DNA of 64,000 bases from Catajapyx aquilonaris (Eukaryota), in contig KZ538505.1 in the NCBI GenBank assembly GCA_000934665.2, positions 1 through 64,000 on the forward strand. Direction: 5' to 3'. Made by a program: the position numbers and the translations under genes. The notes under the pieces were generated by a model. It was not told the DNA's origin. It saw only the letters and a program-made list of their open reading frames with translations, and ran no database searches. Below, one piece after another: positions 57,601 to 64,000 of the stretch; the stretch's first letter is position 1; every line of letters starts with the position of its first letter.

Positions 57601-58482
57601 ACAATTTCTGCCTTCTGCTCATTGGTGAGTGACATGTCCGTGCTATAATTCTATGGAAGAAAACAACAATGAAATATTAATACGCACGTCAAAATATTCT
57701 CAGTGAAATTGATTACATATATGATCCTTGGTTATGCATGAATCAGACTTTATGCCAGAATCTTGTCCATGGATCAAGGTTGAAAATACTGGCTTATTAT
57801 CTTTCATGCCATTCAGCAGTCATATTTACATCTGATCAGATAATTAAGGGCTGGGTGCATCAAGCTGTGTTTACATGTGAGCAATTTATCAGTGCTGTTG
57901 CAGTGATGAGACTAATTGTTTGGGGCTAAAATATATTGTTACCACGATGGTTACTTTCGCTCAGCGATGTACAATGCTGCAACATCACTCGCAAGTAAAC
58001 GTCGCTTCATGTATAATTGATCACGGGGCCAGGGTTACTGACCCCACCAGCTGGGGTTGAGAGCTCTGCCAACAGTCAAATAACGCTCAATCATGGATCC
58101 CCTGTTGAGTCGCTTTCAAGCAATGCATTTGAACAAATGCATAAAGGTACCATGCATTTGGAATAAATGAAGAGAGGAGGCCCCCACCTTCTGCTTCAGG
58201 TAAGCCACAAATTCCTGGAAGTCTGAGATGACCATCTTGTTGTGAACGAAAACAGGCAGTTGACCAGTGGGTGAGCGGAAGGGGTTGTTGGTGATCCTCA
58301 CCTTCACTGGTGCCCCACACAACTTGGCGTACGTCTGTAAATAATGTTAATGGCACAGTGAGATTCTACCCAACATTCTTTCGTTACAGCTCATGACTTG
58401 CCATCATCTGCAAGGAGCGAGGGTCGAACGAGGGCAGGCCCCAGTCCCCACCCCACACCTGAAGCTCCATTCCTCCTGACAT
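54642..58482 (-). CDS. MTX1: Metaxin (metaxin-1/3-like; mitochondrial SAM complex)
   Basis: Exons 58402-58482 (MELQVWGGDWGLPSFDP; GC donor), 58188-58334 (NPFRSPTGQLP), 57547-57650, 56659-57059, and from 54862 downward (C-terminal TM NRFLAVLIAVVATWGYAVSAG). The 3' end is either a stop at 54642 or a donor at 54698 to an unresolved exon. Confidence 0.88.
55305..56460. mobile_element. Inverted-repeat DNA element hosting a nested MITE
   Basis: Arms ~55375-55522 and ~56239-56375 are reverse complements; outer ends degenerate. Confidence 0.65.
55666..56223. mobile_element. Tc1/mariner-type foldback MITE
   Basis: TA|CAGGGTGTTTCAGAGTCACGG...CCGTGACTCTGAATCACCCTG|TA; palindromic almost to its centre (~55950). 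Confidence 0.88.
57137..57491 (+). mobile_element. tRNA-derived SINE in metaxin intron
   Basis: TGGCGCCGCGG A-box, GGTTCGATCCC B-box, (ATT)n tail, perfect 14-bp TSD TTATGGAAGGAAAA (57123-57136, 57492-57505). Confidence 0.9.
57863..58006. mobile_element. Harbinger-type MITE, copy 3 (degenerate)
   Basis: GTGTTTACATGTGAGC...CTCGCAAGTAAACG, with TCA flanks. Confidence 0.6.
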
Positions 58483-59896
58483 GGCCGGTATGTTGCGGTC
58501 AGCCGGAATAATCAGCTACGGCCACGCTTTCCCGGGAAAACCCAAGATAAGAGAAAGGAAAATAGAAAAATTATTGTCCACACACCTCACGAGGACACTT
58601 TCCGAGCCGTGGCTGGAGATGTAAACATGTACGTGAATAATGAATATTGCGAAAGGAAGTGCATGACGTCACATGCCTCTAGCCGAGTTTTCCAGACGCG
58701 CCCGGATAGTTTGGTGCCAAATTTGGCGAGTTCTTACGTTCACGCAGTTCGGCACGTCCGACTTGTGCTCCATGTATTTAAAAAAGTGTAAGGACCGTGG
58801 TAAGGACCATATCGCGGGACCTGTATGTAATAAACAGGCATGCTGTTTCCATGGCTGGAGGTTTTGTTTGGCTTGATTTTGCAATGGATACTGGATAGTC
58901 AGGAATGCCTTCCGATGTGGCAACGTTGCACGCGTGCCTTGTTCCTTTCTGCGGCAACTAAACGCACCATGCTTTTGTCCTTCCACATCTGAACGCAAGA
59001 GGCGTCTTTCCCGCCGGCGCGAATCGATAGGAATAGCACCGCAGTTTCGATACAACGGAGGGAGAGAGACTATCCGGCGAGCGAGCGAGCGACATCCCGT
59101 GCGAGACTTTCTTTCTCCTGCAGCTGGAGAAAGGCTTCCAGAGGGTACTCTGGGCTTCCCCCCTTCCCGACACCTGCGGCTCTGCCCGGTGCGGTTGCAC
59201 TGACGCCTGTGCGTGGGTGGGTACGCTGGAGATAAGGAGTTGTACGCATGCTTTGAGGTGGTATGCCCTGGGGATGCGTTTGACGGGGAATGGAGAGGGG
59301 AGGGGGGGGGGGTGACGCGTAAGGAGAGAAGATGCCGCCATAACTCGCAGGGTGCGACACACGCACAAAAAAAAAAAAAAGGGACGGAGAAGAAAACAAG
59401 TGGCACCTCTCACGCCTACTCTTTTTGTGTGCATCTAGTGCAGCGTGGGGCTGACCAGACTTGAATCACAGTGATTTTTTTGTGATACTTATTGGCTTCT
59501 TCTCAGTGGTTGGATGACGTGATAGCTTATCAGTCAAACAACCCCTACAATGCTGGGCTCGTGGCTGGGCTAGGCAGACTGCATGTTGCTTCCGTAGAAG
59601 ATTTCCATATTTGTAGGGGAGTGAGCAGGGCAGGTGCTTATGGCGGCTGGGTTGAGTGGGCGTGGAATAGCATCCAAGGTGGGAATCTGCAATGGGGAAG
59701 ATGGAGACATTGCTTGCAGGGGAGCGTTTAGATTTACAGGATACTACAACATGCAGTTAGTCCCTAGCTTCCCCTTCACTTGATCAGACCTTCCTCCTTG
59801 GCCCTTCCCTAAGGATAGTCGCAAACGGGGGAATTCGGAAGTAACTAGTGAAGCTGGTGTGCAAGCAGTTCATGCACCGGGATGGGGATTATTTAT

Positions 59897-60010
59897 TGTT
59901 CATGTTTCCCAAGTTGATAATTTATGTTGGCCATGTTTTAATAGGTTTTCTCGTCTCATGAGACTGGGAGGGAGGATGTGATGAATCAGGAGCAAGTTTT
60001 GGAAGCTGAA
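59897..60010 (+). repeat. 114-bp direct duplicate of 62319-62432 (splice acceptor + start of coding exon)
   Basis: Two copies with 3 substitutions. Confidence 0.9.
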
Positions 60011-60901
60011 GGGGGGGGATGGTGCTGCGCTGTCGTCCCCGTCTATACCCAACGAAACTTGTGGCTAAGTGGCCAAACTTGAGTAAGCTCCAAATCCGTA
60101 TCAGCAGCCAAAATTTTCCTTTGTGCATGTTGTCTATGGGCTATGCCATGCACAACATCGCCTGATTTGGACTAGTCCATAGTAAGACTAACAAGTAAGT
60201 CGAGGGGTACTTTTCTCTGCACCCCCAAGGTGGCCTTCTCGCACCCCAGGTTAAGAACCCCAGTCCTAGAGGAGAGGATGAAACGAGGGGTACAATATGG
60301 GTGTGAAACCCCATTTACCTTGTGAAGGAACCATTAAATCGAACTCAACTGCATCCACAGTCCACACAGTGGCATAGCAGGAAAAGAAGGTACAGCCCAA
60401 ATCCATGTGACAACTTATCCCAGGGAGATGGATAGGGAAGCAAGGGAGCATGTGGAATACTCTTGAAAGGAAATCATTGCAGAATTAATTGCTAGGAGAA
60501 AACAAAACCTCTATTAGGATAGTTGACAATGGGATCAAACACAGGTCATAACGGGTAACAATGCACGCCATGAAAATAATATGAAAATTTATTTTGTGTC
60601 ATTCCAGTTGTAATTTTTGTTCTAGTGACAAGAGCCATCTTTATGTTGAGCATTCATAATATGACAATGTTTATGTTGTGCATTTTGTGTGGTGTTTTAC
60701 TATTTCAAACATTTGACATGCATTTCCTACTTGCAGGTGACTTCCATGTCCACATGACAATTTTGTATGGTGGAGACAGAAACTCAGAAATCTATGTCAT
60801 CTTTGGGAGGAGAAATGGTAATTGGTCCTATGGTCATTCAGATGCTATGTTAGAAGTCTTGTAGGGCGCTCAGAAGGGGAAACAATTATGAAACCAATAT
60901 A

Positions 60902-62069
60902 CAGGACGTAAATGAAATAAGTAGGCCTACCCATTTTATGAGGAATGATAAACTACCTAGAAAGAAACCCTTTTTGCCAATACACTTGATGCCGCAGACT
61001 CGTTAAGGGAGCTCTGTAGCAAAAATAAGGTAGAACGTATTCCGTAGGGAATTAAATTTTTTGTGGCGAAACACGTTAATACGATGCGATATCAGGTGCC
61101 GAATTGCAGTACAGTACGCCACAATTTTAAGGAAGTTATAACGCTCATAGTTCATGAATGAGATCATTCTTGATCACTGTTGGTGTACTATCCACGCTCC
61201 ATGGGCCACCGGTACTGGTATGACATCACCAGTACATCAAATACTTTGCTACAGTATAGCCTAGTACTTATTTATTGCCATCAAGGCACTACAGTAGCAT
61301 GGGGCCCCCTATTCTCGTGGGGCCTTCGGGCAACTGCACAGCATACCCATGAGTGAAGACGACCTTACAACAATAAAATGCATTTAAGGCCTCCTCTGTA
61401 TCGAATATTCAGGAAATTAAAGCCTGTTTTACGAATTCCCTTTTCGCGTTATAAAGCGACTTCACACTGGAATTCGTCACTGCATGTGGGTGGGCAGTAG
61501 AAAGCCGCTTCCTGCCATGTGTCAATTTATGAAAAGGTTGCCGCTCGCGGCAAAGTATGAGAAGGTATGGGCAAGTATGAGAAGCAGAGGGTCGGAGATG
61601 TACGTGCGCTATTAGTGGCCAGGCGGACAGGGGAAAACATAGGAGGAAAAGAAGCAAGAAGCAAGACACCGGGGGGGGGGGNNNNNNNNNNTGAGGGAGG
61701 CGTGGATGTCACGTGACTTGACGGGACTTCTTCCAACTGGCTCTACGCGACGGCATACAGTCGGACTTCTAGATATTTTGAAGTTTGTAGCTGGTGGTTT
61801 CGGCAGCAAAACGCGGCTGTGTGCTGCTCGTTGTCATTTAATAAATTGGTCTGCCGCGCGCGTTGCTTGCAGTCCGGCGTTATGAAGTCGCTTTGTAACA
61901 CGAAAAGGGAATTCGTAAAACTGCCTTAAGGGTATGATGTGTTTTCATGACGCATGACAAACCCTTGTTTTCTGAACATCTGTGGCACCAAGTGTATTGG
62001 TGCAAAGTGTTTCTTTCTAGTCTCTTGATCATTCCTCAGAAAATACGGACTTATTTCATTTACACCCTG
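60902..62069. mobile_element. Tc1/mariner-type relic hosting a nested element
   Basis: TA|CAGGACGTAAATGAAATAAGT...ACTTATTTCATTTACACCCTG, with further inverted similarity inward. Confidence 0.65.
61421..61925. mobile_element. TTAA-flanked TIR element (Kolobok-like)
   Basis: About 45-bp TIRs GTTTTACGAATTCCCTTTTCG(C/T)GTTA(T/C)AAAGCGACTTCA, TTAA on both sides, purine-purine termini rather than the piggyBac CCC. Confidence 0.7.
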
Positions 62070-62402
62070 AATATGGTAAAACTAATGATGTAGGGAAACT
62101 TGTATGGAAAGCAGCGAAGTCAGTGTCGAGTAACTCAAGCTACAGTTCTTGACAACTGTATATGATTGTATTAGAATGAAGAACCACAAAATGACACTTC
62201 TGAATTCCATTCCATTGAGCATTCCATTGTTTACTCGAGAGGAGGGAGACAAATTATGATAAGCTTCCGCTTTTGAGCACCTAGTCGTAAAATGTTGGTG
62301 GAGCATGGTCATTGAAACTGTTCGTGTTTCCCAAGTTGATAATTTATGTTGACCATGTTTTAATAGGTTTTCTCGTCTCATGAGACTGAGAGGGAGGATG
62401 TG

Positions 62403-63869
62403 ATGAATCAGGAGCAAGTTTTGGAAGCTGAAAAGACAAGTCAAGATGATGAGAGATCAAGGGAAGAGGTCGTGGAACACGTTGAAAGTGGCAACGAAGA
62501 GTCAAGTAATGAGGATGCTGAAGAAGATCAGATGGAGTTAGAAAATACAGATCTTGATAAAAACCTGGAAAGAGTGGACTGTGAAGCACTTGAGGAACTA
62601 GTAAAAAATGAATCGGAAGGGATAGCCCAGGAGGGTGGAGAAGCGGCGTCAAAAGAGCAAGAAATAACACAAGCAGTGGTGGAAAAAGACAGGGAGGACT
62701 CAACCGAAGTGCAATCACCAGAAGATTATGGTACCGCAGGTCAAGGTGACAATTTGGTGGATAAAGATGTTGAAATGGGGGATCCAATGGATCTGCAGTC
62801 TGCTGGAGCCAGTGGTACCTCAACTCAAGCAGATGGCCTTGATTCCATGGAAGCACAAGCCACAGAAGCTAGTGACATTTTCACAACTCAAGAGTCTCGG
62901 GAAGAGAACTCAACAGAAGATGACATTGAGAGTATGGAGGAAATCATTGCAACTGATTCACCTCGAAAATGTGGCTCAAAAAAGTAAGCACATTTTAAGC
63001 TTCATGATTTTTTACGCGATGGGCAAGAGTATGAAAATGTTTCTTCATTAGAATTTTTTGCATGACTTGCTAAACCCTATGATTTCGTTCTGCTACCAAC
63101 ATTAGAATGCGTAATGATACAGAATGAGGTACTGTTTAACATGACTAATAGAAAAGTGGAACAAGATGCAACCTACTTAACCTCTGACCCTCCACTATGC
63201 TAGGTAGCATACAGTTGCTTTGGCTCTCTCAATCGACCAACACATTGCAAGTACCGTACTCTGCTTCTGCTACATAATATACTGCTTCCCTTCCCTCCTC
63301 CCAAGGTCCGAATTTTCTGTTGAAATGAGTGCAGCCAAAGAGCACAAGTTCATCCATGAGATGTGTAATAACGATTCTGTGCTGGATGCAGACCTGGAAC
63401 AAATAAAGCATGCCATTACTATATATTCGCAGATCACAGGGAGAAACTGCACCTGTTCTCAGTTTAGAAACTGCTGATATATCATATGCGGAGGATTCAG
63501 GATTGGATTTGGAATGTGCAGTATCTTCACCATCAGATGCTGTGGACTCTGCTCCTATTTTGGACATGTGCAGAGCTGATTCTCCATTAGTTGATCCTCT
63601 TCTAACATCAGCAGCTACCCATGAAGATGAGCTGGATGCTGAAAAGGAAAATTCTCTTCATCTGGGACAGTTTGCAGCTCCTACTGACCTGTGAGTATAT
63701 TACATTCTAAGAGCTAATTTGGCATCTACCTAATGATGTAGTCTCTATGTAACTCGAAGGAAATCATCAGTGAAAAGGGCTACCAAGAAGTTGAGGTCAA
63801 GGAAATCTTTCTACATTGATGGCAGAGACGAAAGGGGCCCACAACATGCAGAAGAAAATCATTCTTCAG
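62403..63869 (+). CDS. Unidentified gene with long acidic low-complexity N-terminal exons, partial at window edge
   Basis: Acceptor at 62365-62366, ATG at 62403, a 195-codon E/D-rich ORF to donor GTAAGC at 62984. Further acidic exons at ~63463-63690 and ~63742-63869 with canonical donors. No recognisable domain. Confidence 0.55.
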
Positions 63870-64000
63870 GTAAATTTTCATTTTTTAAATAGCCCATGGA
63901 AAGAATGAGTTTCTGCTTAGTTTTTGCTGTGAACTTCAGTTTTTAGAAATTTGTTCATTAAGGTCATAACAAAAATTGAAATTTAATATTGTTGGTAGAG

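Noticed and set aside
58669..59434. 245-aa and 158-aa ORFs upstream of metaxin
   Set aside because: GC-rich promoter or repeat-like sequence, no recognisable motifs.

Overview
Eukaryotic, intron-rich arthropod (probably insect) scaffold with three N-gaps; no prokaryotic, CRISPR, rRNA or genuine tRNA features. Protein-coding genes in order: greatwall/MASTL kinase (-, 719-6051), patched (-, 9151-24145), DIMT1 (-, 26762-29794), WDR83/MORG1 (+, 30130-~35787), cytoplasmic asparaginyl-tRNA synthetase (-, 37333-40610), INTS3 (+, 41328-52338), a metaxin (-, ~54642-58482), and an unidentified acidic-protein gene running off the right edge (+, from ~62403). Exon boundaries were read by eye from splice sites and reading-frame continuity. 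Introns hold many non-autonomous transposons: hAT, Tc1/pogo, Harbinger-type, Kolobok-like, Sola2-like and Helitron elements, plus tRNA-derived SINEs with target-site duplications (TSDs). Most notable: clustered Ci/Gli-like sites in GC-rich islands around patched; a three-level nested transposon stack in a WDR83 intron; a GC-AG intron in metaxin; an almost intronless AsnRS with an in-frame hydrophobic upstream extension; and a 114-bp duplicated acceptor/start-exon segment. I found no convincing evidence of a wholly new biological system.
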